A stretch of DNA of 64,000 bases from Eledone cirrhosa. Lineage: Eukaryota. A program made the position numbers and the translations under genes. Below, piece by piece: positions 14,416 to 28,622 of this stretch. The first letter of the stretch is position 1. Each line of letters opens with the position of its first letter. Under the pieces are notes generated by a model. That model did no database searches and was not told where the DNA came from. It worked only from the letters and a program-made list of their open reading frames with translations. Location of the stretch: NCBI GenBank assembly GCA_964016885.1, contig CAXHJY010001255.1, positions 19,075 through 83,074 of the forward strand, given 5' to 3'.

Positions 14416-14742
14416 ACTAGCTGAATTACCTGGCGTTGCCCGGGTTACTGCTGTTCTTATTCAGATTAGTAAACAATAAATATGAAGATGTGTTTTTTTC
14501 TCTCATAATTAAAAGTGGGAGGGTTGAGAAAATATGTGTCTACACAGGTTCCTAGAACCATTAGTGAAATCATGTTACATGCTACCAAAACATCTTCAGT
14601 TGTACGAGATACCCTGAAAAGGACCTAGTAGACTGGAATAAATATGACCAAAGAATGTAAATGAAAATGTCTTGCTTATAGATGACTAAGAATCAGTAAT
14701 GAGAAACTCAGACTCATGCAAACTCAGCTTTTAATAAATATT
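14416..14742 (-). mobile_element. Short non-autonomous Helitron-like element
   Basis: Terminus TACTAG...CCTGGCGTTGCCCGGG matches the 3302 element; the other end is GCTTTTAATAAATA after a short repeat. Confidence 0.5.
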
Positions 14743-16609
14743 ATTCTACTCTACTTAGAGGTAGTGAATACTTTTTGTGGCTTTACAATTTACTCCAGAG
14801 TGAACTTATATTTTTATATACACACACACAAACACAACTTAAAATTATGCATGCACACATATGCATCTCAATTACACACATACAAAAGGTTGACAGCCGG
14901 TTGAATATTGGCACAAATAACAGTTCAAAGATTCAGTTAAGACATTCACAAATACATAAGTAACATTAACATATATTAAATAAGATCCACAATGACAATA
15001 CAGAAATACTTAAGAAGGAATGGGATGAGCAGTATCATTTTACACAAGGTGGGGAGAATAAAAGAAATTTCTATATTGAAAATATATTTAATTTGCACTA
15101 GGAAATTAATTCAATGCTAAAAACAAGATAAGTAACGTAAACACATGTGGTGTTACATTAATTAAGACAAGCTGTTGTGGAGATTAAATCAAGTGAAAGG
15201 CATAGAAAATTAATCTGATGTTGACAATATATTTATGTACAAAAGGAGACAGCAAGCAAGTGAGAGGAAAGACCCTGTCTCCATCTGCATAGAAAGATAC
15301 AATATAACCTATAACGAAAGTAGGATTAACATGATACTTGAAAGAAATTAAAAAGTAAAATGAGAACGTGTGCTGTGAACACCAAGAAGAAAAAAGATGG
15401 TAGAAAAAGTAATCAAATGTTCCAGGAACTAGGTAGGATCCAACAACTTAAAAAATGGAAAAAAAAACACATTGGATAATGGTCATGATTAGAAAACTTT
15501 TGATGAAAAACTGTATAATCTGGGCTGTGTCTTTTACCATATCCTCAGGTCAAAAAGAGCCTTGAGTGAAATTTGAAAGAGGGAGTCAAGATGGAAGCCA
15601 GTTGAAGTATCTGTTTCTGTTCTTGGATGGTAGACTGTCACCTGGTTTAACACCACCACCTGACACATAAGTACCTTTAATATAGTTTCATATTGTTGCC
15701 AAAAAATGGGTATTTAGTCTCACTAAGTTTTAGCTGTGATATAATCAATTACCTCCATATCAGTTGAAGAGTGCTGTATTTCAGGTTCATTAATCCTTAT
15801 CAGTAACACAGGTGCCAAGGTATGAAAGATGATATCATCTAAATTTTGTAAAACTATTCTTATTGAAAGACTATTCACATATAGAGCAAACTTGACCAAC
15901 TAGTCAACTAGTATATTAGTGATAGCACTAATATAGTGGGATTCAGAATAGAGGCTTAGATGAACCCATTTACAATATAGTTATGTATAATAACATACAT
16001 TTAACCTTGCTAATTAAACTCCCCTATTTCCTTGCCACAGCTTAACCTGGATGCATTTAGTGGAACCTACTGTTGCAAGTATTTGGACTAGATATCCAGT
16101 CTGAGGATAACTTTTCTTCCTCCAATAAAATTTCTAAAAGAGATAATGAGCACTGCCCTTCCTCCTCTGACTAAGCAAATTAAAAAATAAAAATATAAAG
16201 ACATATTTTGTATCGTATAGAGACAGCATGTATCTGCAGTAGATAAGAACTTATAACTCACTAAGTTTATCTCAACTATTGAATCTATAGAGGAGTTACA
16301 GTTAACTAACAGGAAAACAGTTATCTGTACATAGTATTAAATAGTTAAATAATTTGTTTGAAAACTATTTGTCATCTCCCACATTTCCACTCCCAACAAT
16401 AAGGTTTCACATCCTGTTACATTGAATTATACAGAATCACAAAAACTTGAATTTATAGGAAACTAGAACTTTCAACATAGCTACAAATGCTAAGACTGCC
16501 CATTACAGAGGATTTCTCCTGGCAAACACCTACTCAACATAGCAAAGAGAGCTTCACAAAGACACTCTTCTTCAGGGCCAGAAAATACTTCAGTGCTCAT
16601 CAACTACAA

Positions 16610-16890
16610 TGTGGAGGTGCATGGCCTAGTGGTAAGGGTGTTGGACTTACGATCATAATGTGGGTTCGGTTCCTGGACTTGGTTGTGAGTTGTGTTCTTA
16701 AGCAAAGCACTTCATGCCATGTTGCTCCAGTAAACTCAGCTGAAAATGACGACCAGCAACAGCTGGGGGTTTAACTGCGATAGACTGGTGTCCTGCCCAG
16801 TGAAGAGTCTTGTACTCTCAGTCGCTTTATGCCATGGAAACCGGGATAAGCACTGGCCTGATGAGCCTCTGGGCTCAAGGCAGACTTTAG
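16610..16890 (+). mobile_element. tRNA-derived SINE of a second family with a conserved central domain
   Basis: A-box TGGCCTAGTGG, B-box GGTTCGGTTCC, then GTCGCTTTATGCCATGGAAACCGGGATAAG; partial relatives at ~4840-4985 (-) and ~24500-24600. Confidence 0.7.
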
Positions 16891-19225
16891 ACCATCAACT
16901 ACTAACCTCTTATAGAATTCTGGTGAGACCTACAATGGAATAATTCTTCCACATCTATAGTACAACTGCTACACACACAGAAGAGACATCACAGAGTAAG
17001 TCATATAGCTACATGCAAAACAAAGATGATTGGGGGAGAGGACATAAACACAAGCATTGTGGAATATGTAATAGATGGTGACTTTCATGACATTCACAAA
17101 GGGGTTATTAATATAAGTCAGGGGGAAATAGTTAGAAATGAGAATTGACCAAAGAGCATGTTCACTGGATTACCAACCCCTATTCTGTTACAAACCAAAG
17201 CTAGTGTTTGAAGAAAGAGGGATGCATAGACAGTTAAACCAATCACTGGTTATTTCTACTACTGTTCTATTTATCAGACCTAGTCTACTGGGCTATTGCT
17301 AATTTTGTTTTTCTGTAAATCCCAGTTTATAGAATAAGTACACCATATCTCTGTGTATCATAAAAGGGTGACTAAAAGTTTGTACCAGGAAAAGGATCCA
17401 GACATAAAACAAGGACTGAAAAAGACTCATATAACTCATATCAGCATAAAGTGGACATAAAAACAATGATGATGATATGGATAAGGTGAATTTCCCCTCA
17501 TCCATATCATAATCAGGTAACTTTTCTCATGAGTTTCTGAATTTAACTTTAAAGTGGAAGATAACAAATCACTTGTCAAATACTAAGGCTTGACCAAACA
17601 TTTCCTGTTGATGCTGGTTGCCATCAAGACCCCTGGTGTCCTCAGTTCATGAACCCCATAAGGTAGAGTGGCTAATGCTACAGGTGTTGCTGGTTGTTCT
17701 CGGTGTGATACCTTCACTATTTGTCTATAGGATGCAGCTAAGATATACCACATAGACTGGGCTGTAGAGCATGCTGCTCCCATCTGCCACCTTTCTTATT
17801 TCTTATTGCAAACATAATTTAATTGAAATTTGTTGAAAAAAATGTTAAAGTACTATCACAGTAAGTGATAACAGCTGTTTATAGTTAAACAGACTGAGTA
17901 ATACTCATGTACTTTTGGCTTCAGGTTTTTAACAATTTATTCTCATTTATCCTCAACTATAGTGCTTAAATACCTTGCAGTATTTGTTTTGACTCCTTGT
18001 GCTCTGAGTATATATCATACTGAGTTCAAATTTGTCTTTTGTCCTTCCAAGATCAATAAAGTATAATATCAGTTCAGGTTGATGAACTGGTGGAATTGTC
18101 ATTGAATTAGATGAGATGCCTTGCAATTTTTGTTCCATCTCTGTGTTCTAAGTTCAAATCTTGCTGTTGCCTAGTTAAGTAACTTTAGCAGATGCCACAT
18201 TGAACCAAATCTCTGGCTTGGGGGGGGGGGGGATCTTCCCAGTGGTATTCAAGGCATCGAAAAGTATCATGGTCATTAACTTTCTTTTTTCTACCTAAAC
18301 TATAAATAATTCAAAAAAATATAAAAAGGACTGCAGTTTCTAGCAAGTTACACTTCTCTAATGTTTTGCTAACAATAACTCTATGAGAAAAGAGAAGGTT
18401 ATGGCCATCACAGAAACATTTCTTCTTAACTCTAAATCACAGTGACCTTGTGAAACTAAGTAATCAATATATCAATATTTTCTACTGAGATTAATTATCA
18501 AGTGTTGATGGACAAGCCAAATTTCTATTTTCTACCATCAGACTATAACAGAAATAGATGGCATCTCCATTTCATGGTTGACTTAGTTAATAGCAGGAAG
18601 GACATCCAGCTGTGAAAATAGTTACTCCAAACAATTCACTAATGTCTAAATTTTCAAAAAAAAAAGAAAAGAAAAATAGAAGGAAAAAAACCTCACTGAA
18701 GCTAGTTTGAAAAAAAGATGTAAATTATACAAACACACATCTACAGCTGGCCTATGTTCCATTCCTAGATTTCCCTGACATTAAAAGAGCCAAGTATTCA
18801 TACAATACATTAATGTTCTTATCACCAGAATTAAAAGAGAGAGAAGACAAAACAGTAAGTGAAATAGGGAGAAATTTAATGAAACTTCCACCTAATTCTT
18901 CCATATCACACGAGTCACCTGTCCACCCAGCTGCACACACAATGAAACACCCTTTCACTCACTTCAACAACATCTAGTTCTTTTTCTGGTTGGAAAAAAA
19001 GGAAATAAATTTCTTTGTATCTCTCCTTTTTTCTATCATGCACCATACTGCTTGATTTAAAAATAGTATCAATTTATAGTGACACCCACTTCACACTTGT
19101 AATATTTCTTCATATTCTTCATCTAATTACAACCACCAACATCACTCACACACCTACCAGTAAATGCCTTTTTACTTATAAGCTAACCAGTGTGGGCAGA
19201 CTACTAGGCTCATGTAAAGCCAGTA

Positions 19226-19416
19226 AATAATTGTTTCTACTTTAGGCACAAGGCCAGCAATTACCCAGTGCATTACTGGTACTTTATTTTATCGACCCCG
19301 TAAGGATGAAAGGCAAAGTCAACCTCGGCGGGATTTGAACTCAGATCGTAAAGGGACGTAACTATGCTGGAAAGCATGGCGTCCGACCCTCTACCGATAC
19401 TGCCAATCCACCGCCT
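19226..19416 (-). mobile_element. Full-length Octopus-type SINE
   Basis: Reverse complement of 986-1179; flanks AAAGCCAGTAAATAAT and AAAGCTGGTAAATAAT resemble a diverged target-site duplication. Confidence 0.85.
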
Positions 19417-19889
19417 ATGGAAAGCTGGTAAATAATAGATGGAGGCCAGGTTAGGGTTACATTATCTGTCATTTTTTGGTGAAGTTTAACTATTTTATTT
19501 CATGTCTTCTGTTAAGTTCATTCTATCAGGATTCACTCCTTTATCTTGCCCTGCTGCCCCTTCTTTTTCTCTATTAGAGATTCAACCAAAGCTAATCCAT
19601 TACATCACAACCCATTGCCTGAAACCATCAAGTACATAGACTTCTCCAAATCATTCAAAGCTCATTTGTAAACTCCAAAAGAGTTCTCCTTTATCAACAA
19701 GTACTTACACTGCTTACTGGGAAGTTATATTTATTGCATGCTTTCTATAAACAACGACTATCCTATTTCATGCTTTCTATAACAATGGATATATCCTATC
19801 TCATGTACTTTATTCAATGTCTTCTATCAACAATGGCTATTTATTCATATTATTTCATGTCTTCCCAAACTTCTGAATTGGCATCATCA

Positions 19890-22800
19890 ATGTGAGCAGA
19901 ATGAAAAGAAGAACAGAAGAGATTGTAGAGAAAGACTTCTTGCAGGTAAAAAGCAATGCTACAAATTTTTCTATGTGGGAAATGACAATGTACTGGGGAG
20001 AGTAGGTATCTTATTAGCTGACAAATGGGTAGATAAGGTAATCTCCATAAATTGAGTGAAAGTAAGAATCATTAAACTCTGACAAGCCCTAACTAGAACA
20101 ATGACCACAATTATATCTGCTTATGCACCCCAATTGGGTTGATAGGTTTTACAAATTCCTAAAGGACAACTGCACAAACGGATGACTGACTTCCTAATCA
20201 TTGTGGGGGACTTTAATGGACACGTTGGAAAACACTGTGGCAGCTTCTACAGAGTCCATGGAGGCTACGGGTTTAGCGCAAAAAATTAAGGTTTCAGGTT
20301 CCTAGAATTCTATGACACCTATGGCCTATCGATATGTAACAAACTTCAAAAAACGCGACAACCACCTGATCACCGATAGATCTGGTGAACATGTTAGTTA
20401 TAATATATCCTAATTAGAGGACGAGATAGAGTGAGTGACAGTGGTAAACATGAAATCCTTCTCTGGTGAGGAATGCACCTCCCAACGTAACCTAGTAGTT
20501 AGTGACTTCATTGTCAGAGCTAGACAAACTTGGAGATGGTGGGCAACCTGGATGAGAAGGATATAGAAGTTAAAAGAGCCCTCAACCATAACAAATTTAG
20601 AAATATTTTGCTTGATGCCTATGACAGTAAGGAAGAACAGATAGCGACATTCAATGCAGAAGAGCATTGAGAGATCCTGAAAGATAATTTACTGAAGGCA
20701 ACAGATATGATCTGTGGATGGAACAGGGCTACAGAGAAAAGGGGAGTGACTTGGTGATGGAACAATAATGTAGATATGACAATTAAGGCCAAGAGACGGG
20801 CATGGAAAAAAATGGAAGAATGGAGGAAGCAGGGTACACTACATAAAGGCCAGGAGAGATGCTAGATGACAAGTATACTTAGCAAGGAAGGAAGCAGAAG
20901 ATAAAAAAATTCAAGCATGTTTTGCAGCGTGAAGACTAGAAACATAAGGTGTTCAGGATTGTGAGGGAGTACATTAGGGAAAATTGTGATGTCATCGGTG
21001 AGAAGTGTGCCCGTGATGATAAAGGTACACTTGCCCTGACAGGTGCTGAGAAGACAGTTGCATGGAAGAACCATTATGAAAGATTACTGAATGAGGAGAA
21101 TGCATGGGAGAAAAAGACCCTCTCTCAAGTGGACCCTACAGAGGGCTCAGCCATACAAGTCAGCAGTGTAGTAGTTAAGGATATGAAGACCGAGAAAGTA
21201 GCCGGTCCATCAGGAATAGTTGCCAAGATGCTGAAGGCATCTGGGTCGGAAAACCAAATAATACTAAATGGTGTCATACCGAATGATTGATGCATTGTTG
21301 TCAACTGCTACAAGGTAAAGGATATGCATTAGCTAAAGGTAACTATAGAGGTATAAAGCTGATGACCAGGTCATGAAAGTATCAGAAAAAGTTATAGCAC
21401 AACTGATTAGGGTCTGAGTAAATCTAGACGAGATGCAGTTCGGATTTGTACCAGGTAAAAAAGCACCACAGATGCTCTCTTTCTGGTGAAAGCAGCTACA
21501 GGAAAAGTATCAAGCTACAAGTAAGCCACTCTACTTGGCAATTGTTGATCTGGAGAAAGCTTTTGACAGAGTTCTCCGTGTCATAATCTGGTGGGCTCTT
21601 AGAAAATTAGGAGTAGATGAGTGGCTTGTGAAGTTAGGATTAACAATGACTATAGCAAAGAATTTAGCGTACAGGTTGGCGTCCAACACAGCTCTGTTCT
21701 TAGCCCTCTACTGTTTATTATCATACCGCAGGCTATAACAGATGAGTTTAAGACTGGCTTCCATGGGAATTCCTGTACGCAGATGATCTTACAATCATAG
21801 CTGAGTCTATGGCAGAATTAGAGAAATTCCAAATCTGGAAGTATGACCTAGAAACAAAGGGTCTTAAAGTCAACCTGACAAAGACTAAGGTCCTAGTAAG
21901 TAGAAAGGAAAACAGAGCCCTGATCCCCTCGGAGAAATGGCCTTGCTCAGTGTGTAAGACAGGTGTATATAGAAATTCCATCCTCTATCCCAAATGCAAA
22001 CTATGGGTATACAAGAGATGTAGTGGGACCTCAGGTACTTTAGCTAAGAATGTAGGTTTTACATGTAGCCTTTGTACTGGAGCAGTTAGCATCAAATGAC
22101 CACAGGAAAGAAACACTACAAATTCTGGGATGGTTTGGTAGAAGCAGTAGGCAGCATCTGCTACCTTGGTGATCGAATTAGCAGTGGAGGTGGGTGTTCT
22201 GAAAGTACAGTAGCCAGAGAGAGAACAAGATAGAAGAATTTCAGGGAGCTACTACCGCTGTTAGCTACAAAAGGCTTTTCCCTCAAAATGAAAGGCAGAC
22301 TGTATGATGCATGTATACGAACAGCAATGTTAAATGGTAGTGAGACCTGGGTTGTGTGTGCAGAAGATTTGCGTAGATTAGAAAGAAACAAAGCCTGCAT
22401 GCTCCGATGGATGTGTAATAATAATATACGTGACCAGCAAAGAATAAGTAAACTGAGAGAGCAACTAAGCATAAGAGGAATCAGATGCAATGTGCAGGAG
22501 AGGACATTGCATTGGTATGGACATGTGATGCATATGAAGCATATAAAAAGCTATATAAAATGGTGCAGAGCGCTCAAAATTGATGGAAGCCATGGAGTGG
22601 GCAGACCCAGGAAGACTTGGGATGAGGTGATAACAGCCCACTGTGCTTAATTGCACCTCTCAAAGGCGATGACATAAGACCGACATATCTGCCATTATGT
22701 GGTAATACAGAAGACCAACCTTCCCATGGGCACAGTGTTCCTGAAGTGCACACCACCCTCACCTCCACCTCACTCTTCCATACATCTCCCATGAGGACAG

Positions 22801-23262
22801 GCTGAAGCTTACATCTAGTGAAGCTTCCAGCCCACACTGTAAAGTGGTCATGATGGTGACATGACAAAAAGCACCCAGCCCACACCATAAAGTGGTCATG
22901 ATGGGAACATGAGAAAAAGCACCCAGCCTACTCAGTGAAGTGCTCATGGTGGGTACATGACAAAAAGCACCCACACTGTAAAGTGGTCATGGTGGGGACA
23001 TGACAAAAAGCACCCAGCCCACACTGTAAAGTGGTTGTGATGGCGACATGAGAAAAAGCACCCAGTACTCACTGTAAATGTGGTTGGCATTAGGTAGGGC
23101 ATCCAGCTGTAAAATCCAAGCCAAAATCAGTTCTGTATGAGCAAGACATGGCCACCTGACCTGGCATTTCTCACAACAGGACAACTTGTCTTAACTCATT
23201 CTAGCATGAAAAAAATGGACGTTAAATGGTGGTGGTGGTGGTGATGATGATGATGATGATGA
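19890..23262 (+). mobile_element. Near full-length degenerate RTE-clade LINE (APE + RT), with a ~40-45-bp tandem-repeat 3' UTR and (GAT)n tail
   Basis: Motifs SAYAPQ, GDFNGHVG, MQFGF, DLEKAFDRV, YADDL, PHD cluster, GSETW, WYGHV; repeat AAAAGCACCCAGCCCACACTGTAAAGTGGTCATG at 22825-23080; many stops. Confidence 0.9.
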
Positions 23263-23562
23263 TACCAACCCATCTGAAAAGGCCCTAATTTTATGATAAT
23301 TAACTGATCATTTGAAAGTCTTTGTATTCATGTTAAGACCGTCCATCATAATTTTATTTAAGAAATTTGTTAAGTAATCTTCCAAGCATTAGCTTACTAA
23401 TGAAAAATTTTAAATTTATTTATTAAGTTCCTTAATATTTTCAATTATTTTCAAAATTCATTGAAACATCGAAGGGTATTTCATTAGAAATATAGTAACA
23501 AAAAGGTAAAACCAGTTTTAGTGTATTTTAACAGTTAAAGCAACAGTAACAACAGCCATTTA

Positions 23563-23717
23563 ATAATTGTTTTTACTTTTGGCAGAAGGCCAGCAATTAC
23601 CCAGTACATTACTGGTACTATATTTTATTGACTTCGTAAGGATGAAAGGCAAAGTTAACCTCGGGGGGATTTGAACTCAGATCGTAAAGGGACGTAACTA
23701 TGCTACCGATACTGCCA
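23563..23717 (-). mobile_element. Octopus-type SINE, internally deleted
   Basis: Matches 19226-19416. Confidence 0.8.
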
Positions 23718-25958
23718 AATAATGTCATTCTCTCCTACAAGTCTCAAAGGCTTTGGAAAAAGGTCATGAGATTTGCCCTTCCATCCCTGATTAAACAGTA
23801 AAAAAATTGAGGTAAGATGTTGCCCCTACAAACCAAGAGTTGAAGGACACTCACAACTAAAGAATTCAAAAACTGAAGTCATTGAGCATATCTAATTATC
23901 AAAGATGGTGCTTAGCCCCAGGTTGAAATTAATCAAGCAAACCCTCAATGAAAGGCATCCATGCAGTATATGCCAAAATATTAGATAGAGCTACATTAGT
24001 CAATAATAGAATTCTACACAAAACAAAGTGAACATATCAGTATATAAACCAAACAGTAACACAGATACAGTATACATGAACTAACTATGACTGCCACGCT
24101 TCAACCATTGAGAAACTTTACATTAGATGTCTGCAATTTTCTACCACTCCCATGATACTTTACAACCACTGCTAAGCACATGACTAATATGCCATGAGTG
24201 TGACCATTCTGATTCTGAAGATGGAGTTGTGAAGGCTTCAAAATGTTAACACACACATGGATTTAGATATGGTACTGTTCCAAACTAAACAGAGAACTAA
24301 TAAAGGAATACAAAGCATCCTTGATAAAAGTGATCAAACGAGATCTCCATCGTGTTTTCAATAACATGCACACCTATATATGTGTGTATGTTTATATGAC
24401 AGGTCCAGCCCATGCCAGTATGGAAAATGGACATAAAATCATGACGATGCCATGCTCTGTAGTTTCTGTATACCAATTTTAACTGCAAGACTTTGTCAAC
24501 CTGAGACTATAGAAAAAGACACTTGCCCAGGGTATCACTCAGAGAGATAGAACCTGAAAACCATGGGGTTTGCAAAGTAACTTAACCAGACAACAATGCC
24601 TGCACATACATAATAAACATTTTACAAGGTGCTTAATAAAATATCTGCAAGTGATATTTTCCATATCTATTATGTTGGTGTTGACCAATGAAATCTCACA
24701 ATCATTCATGTTATGAGATTTTAACCAAGATTTTTTTCATTTAAATATGGAAACTGTGATATAGCTGGTCTCAAATAGCTTAGTATAAAGAATAATGATC
24801 AATGTACAGAAAGCTGTATATTGGTTTCTATATTTTTAAAAATATTAAAAAACTGGTTCATTAATTCAGATGTTTATAGTGAACAAGTGGTTGGTGTGAA
24901 AATTTGCCGTAAACTGAAGTAAAGAAAGATGTTAATGTTGAATGTGATGCAGTCAGTGCTATTTTGTACTTTTTAAGAATGTTTTCATGCTGTACAAGAT
25001 GTTAAGAGCTAAGCTGCACTTATTAACTTCTATCAAAATTAATAATTCTTACAATAGGAGAAATATGAAAGAGAGAGAGTTTGTGTGCATGTGTTGTATG
25101 TGTATGTTTGAGAGAATTGGTAGGTGTGTATGTATGTTACATACAGTCTTAACAGTACATAAGCAGAATACATTCAAATAACACACACACATACAATTGG
25201 ACTTTGAAAGAGACTCCCTGACCATAAATAATTAACAAATAGAAACCATTTAGCTGCTTTATTTCTTTACAAAGGAAGAAGTAAAACAAAACAGCTATGG
25301 AGAGGTAAACAATCAGATCGGTAAATTCATACAAAATATATCAGTTTCTAATAACTAAGAGTACAACAATGCACAGTCTTTTCATATGAAAATATTTGGA
25401 TTTGCAACCATTCAAACCAATTGAATGCTATTTGTAGACTGGCATTGTTTCACATGAAACAGTAAACCATTTATGACTAGGTGCTACTTTCAAATTTCTA
25501 GAGAACAAGGCAAGGGCACTAGAAAAGTTCTCAGAACCTCATTTTGATCTATAACTGAAACTCAGATATGTGAGAACTTAATGAGAAATAATGAGATTTG
25601 AGTTCTAATTTCATGTAGTGATTTCACTTAAGGCTTTCTTTTTTTTTTATGCAATCAATCTTGAAAGGACAAAAAGGCCAAGCTAATGTCAACAAGACTT
25701 GATTGAAGGCAGAGTGCAAAGAGACGGACATTTGATTTAATGCTCTTACTACATAAGTATGTTAAGTCCTTTGGACAAAGCATTAATCTGCTTCCTGGGA
25801 CAAGTCTAATGGCAGGAGCCAATAACATGATAATTTATAAGATTATTACATCAATGCTAACACAGAAAAATATGTTATACAGAAAAATGATTTGTGTGGC
25901 TCAATAAATCCACTCCCCCTATTCACTTCAATTAACACTGCCAGTCATTGAAAGATGG

Positions 25959-26196
25959 GTACTATAACGGCGGTGAAGATTCGAAACCGAATCTGAGCTT
26001 TCCTGCCTCTGGGACAAGCTGTGGTTAGTTGTTTACGCCCGGCAGACCAACCCCTTGGGAGATGCTAAACACAGGTCAGATGTTGTTTAGCATCTCCCAA
26101 GGGGTTGGTCTGCCAGGCGTAAACAACTAACTACAGTTTGTCCCAGAGGCGGGAAAGCTCAGATTCGGTTTCGAATCTTTGCCGCCGTTATAGTAC
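25959..26196. mobile_element. Fold-back MITE, ~238-bp near-perfect palindrome
   Basis: Arms of ~112 bp (TACTATAACGGCGG...CCGCCGTTATAGTA) around a ~12-nt loop; TA at both ends. Confidence 0.85.
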
Positions 26197-26760
26197 TGAT
26201 GACACAGTTTCTATGCTGTTTCCAGCCAAATTTACCTTTCATAACCTCGAGCTGGTCTTACTGGGAAGAAAAAGAAAAATGAGGAGAAAGAGGGGAAGGA
26301 GAAAAGGGAGAAGGAAAGAAGATGGGAGGAGGAGGGGTGGAGGAATGAAATACCAATTCAGGACAGTGGACTGACTGCATCAGATGGAATGTTTTGTAGA
26401 TCTGTTCCATCTGTGTGCTTCAGAGTTAAAATTTTACCTCCTGTTACAGGAAAAATTATGACAGGACTAAAGCTCCTCACTTTAAAACAACCAAGATACT
26501 TATGAGATGCATCCGCATAGGAAGCTGGCTAAACCCATAAAGACATGAGCCATAACAACATTGTTGAGCTGTGTCCTTCTTACAGTCTCCTCCTCAATGA
26601 TCCCTGCTGTTTCGAAGCTGTTGAATCTACGTGCTCATCAATTTAAACATACTTGATACAACTAAATGCTTTTTAATTTCCTATCAACTACCCAGAGTGT
26701 TCAATCTCTCACCCCAAAAACTGCATCTCTTAGGATTTCCTTCTCTGTCAACATTTTCCT

Positions 26761-26836
26761 CTTGAGCAGTTAATACTTGCTTTGAATTGTTGTAGGTTAA
26801 AAACCTACAATTCAAAGCAAGCATTAACTGCTCAAG
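26761..26836. repeat. 76-bp inverted repeat (hairpin)
   Basis: CTTGAGCAGTTAATACTTGCTTTGAATTGT...ACAATTCAAAGCAAGCATTAACTGCTCAAG. Confidence 0.85.
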
Positions 26837-27851
26837 TTCCACTCACTTATACCTATCCCACTACATCCAGTCTAGGTCTGAACAGCAGACTTAAAATTCA
26901 AGCCCATGCAAGTCTAAACAAATACAAACACTGTACTCCCTCTTCATTCTAATTACAGGCCATTGGCTGATGATTTATCTAATGTATGTAACATTAAAAA
27001 TCTGCACTAGAAATAAATATAAGGTGACAACAATAACAAGTGTTTTAAGGCCATTTCCGTGCTAAAACAGGGGTTAGCCTAGTGGGTCCTATGATGGAAT
27101 TCACTCATCATTGGGGTCTTTTTTAAGGCAACATTTTACAGTCAGATGCCCTTCCGGTCCCAAGCTTTTTAGTTGGCCCTTACAACATGCAGGGATATAT
27201 GGTGTACCTATTCTAAACTGTAGAAATAAATATACAGTAAGAAAAAGAATATTAGTCAATAATATTCTATTATTTTTCAAGTGAAAATAGGACAAAAATC
27301 CAGACATGGTTCTACCTTTCCTTGGCTTTATCAGTGTAACTTCCCAAATTAACTGAATATAAATAACAGAAAAACATGTATAAAATAGATTTTTTTTTTT
27401 TTTTAAGTTGCTTAAAAAAAGCAAGAGTGAACTTAATTTAGGTTAAGGAATTTACATAACTTTTGCCACACTAGCACACTACACCTTGTGCTCAAATATA
27501 TAAAGTGACATCTTTCTCATGCCCCAGAAGAAGAATAAAAATGTGTGTGTGTTTGTATTTATAAGACTAAACTGAAATAATTTCAATCATAAATGTCAAA
27601 GTATTTTAAACATATGTATGAAATGGAGGAAGGCATGGTGATAATGCCTGTGTAGGTATGTGTATGTGCTCTGCTGTGGGCAACATCAGTTAAAACTGGG
27701 ACACAAGTCAAGATTGCTACAAAAAAAGAGAATGTCTTAATGTGACATTTCCCAACAACTTTAAAGCAAAGTTTGTTAGAATGTGTGTGTGTGTGTGTGT
27801 GTGTATGTGTGTGTGTATGTGTGTGTGTGTGTATGTGTGTGTGTGTGTATG

Positions 27852-27887
<36 letters not shown>

Positions 27888-27891
<4 letters not shown>

Positions 27892-28622
27892 TACTTGAGG
27901 AAGGTCATATTGTTGTAATATTGCCAGAAATGATAACAGAACACACTCACTGTTTGGTTGGTTTTCGCTTCTGTATCTTTTATATCTCCACAGTTAATTC
28001 ATTCGGTCCTCAATGTTTACCATTGACTGACCAACGATAAAAAATACAAATATAATATAGATATAAACACACATATATATAGTCTAACAAAGTTCTTTTG
28101 TTGCACATCTTCAACATCATCAGTGGTACTATTATGTTCCTCCTGTTGTATTGTATGTCTACGAAGATGTGCAACGAAAGAACTTTGTTAGACTACATAT
28201 ATGTGTTTATATATGACCAACGATCAAAAATACAGTTTATATCTGTATTTTTTATCGTTGGTCAGTCAATGGTAAACATTGAGGACCGAATGAATTAACC
28301 GTGGAGATATAAAAGATACAGAAGTGAAAACCTACGAAACAGTGAGTGTGTTCTGTTATCATTTCTTGATTATTGGCAGTATCAGGAGAGGGTCGGACGA
28401 CGCCGTGCTTTCACGCCTTTGCCATTCTGAGTTCAAATCTCGTTGAGGTTAACTTTGCCTTTCATCCTTACGGGGTCGATAAAATAAAGTACCAGTAATG
28501 CACTGGATAATTGCTGGCCTTGTGCCAAAAGTAGAAACAATTATTAAACAATATGACCCTCCCCAAGTATAACAATATTTGTTTCGACACACGATTTCAT
28601 ATCAAAAACCTTGCAAAAGAAA
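27888..28622. mobile_element. Non-coding Penelope-like fold-back element (inverted pLTR + pLTR) with a nested SINE at 28375-28546
   Basis: Left arm 27888-28163 is the reverse complement of the 3' UTR of the PLE at ~56600-56905; the right arm resumes at 28164 and ends ATATGACCCTCCCCAAGTATAAC plus a tail; degenerate HHR at ~28086-28126 (-); (TA)n on the left. Confidence 0.8.

Noticed and set aside
16610-16680. tRNA gene
   Set aside because: A and B boxes are present but the cloverleaf is incomplete, and the sequence continues into a SINE body.
16855-16885. CTGATGAGCC...GGCTC as a hammerhead
   Set aside because: No GAAA follows; it is part of the SINE body.
22825-23080. Regularly spaced repeats resembling a CRISPR array
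   Set aside because: The units are contiguous with no unique spacers; this is the RTE 3' UTR minisatellite in eukaryotic DNA.
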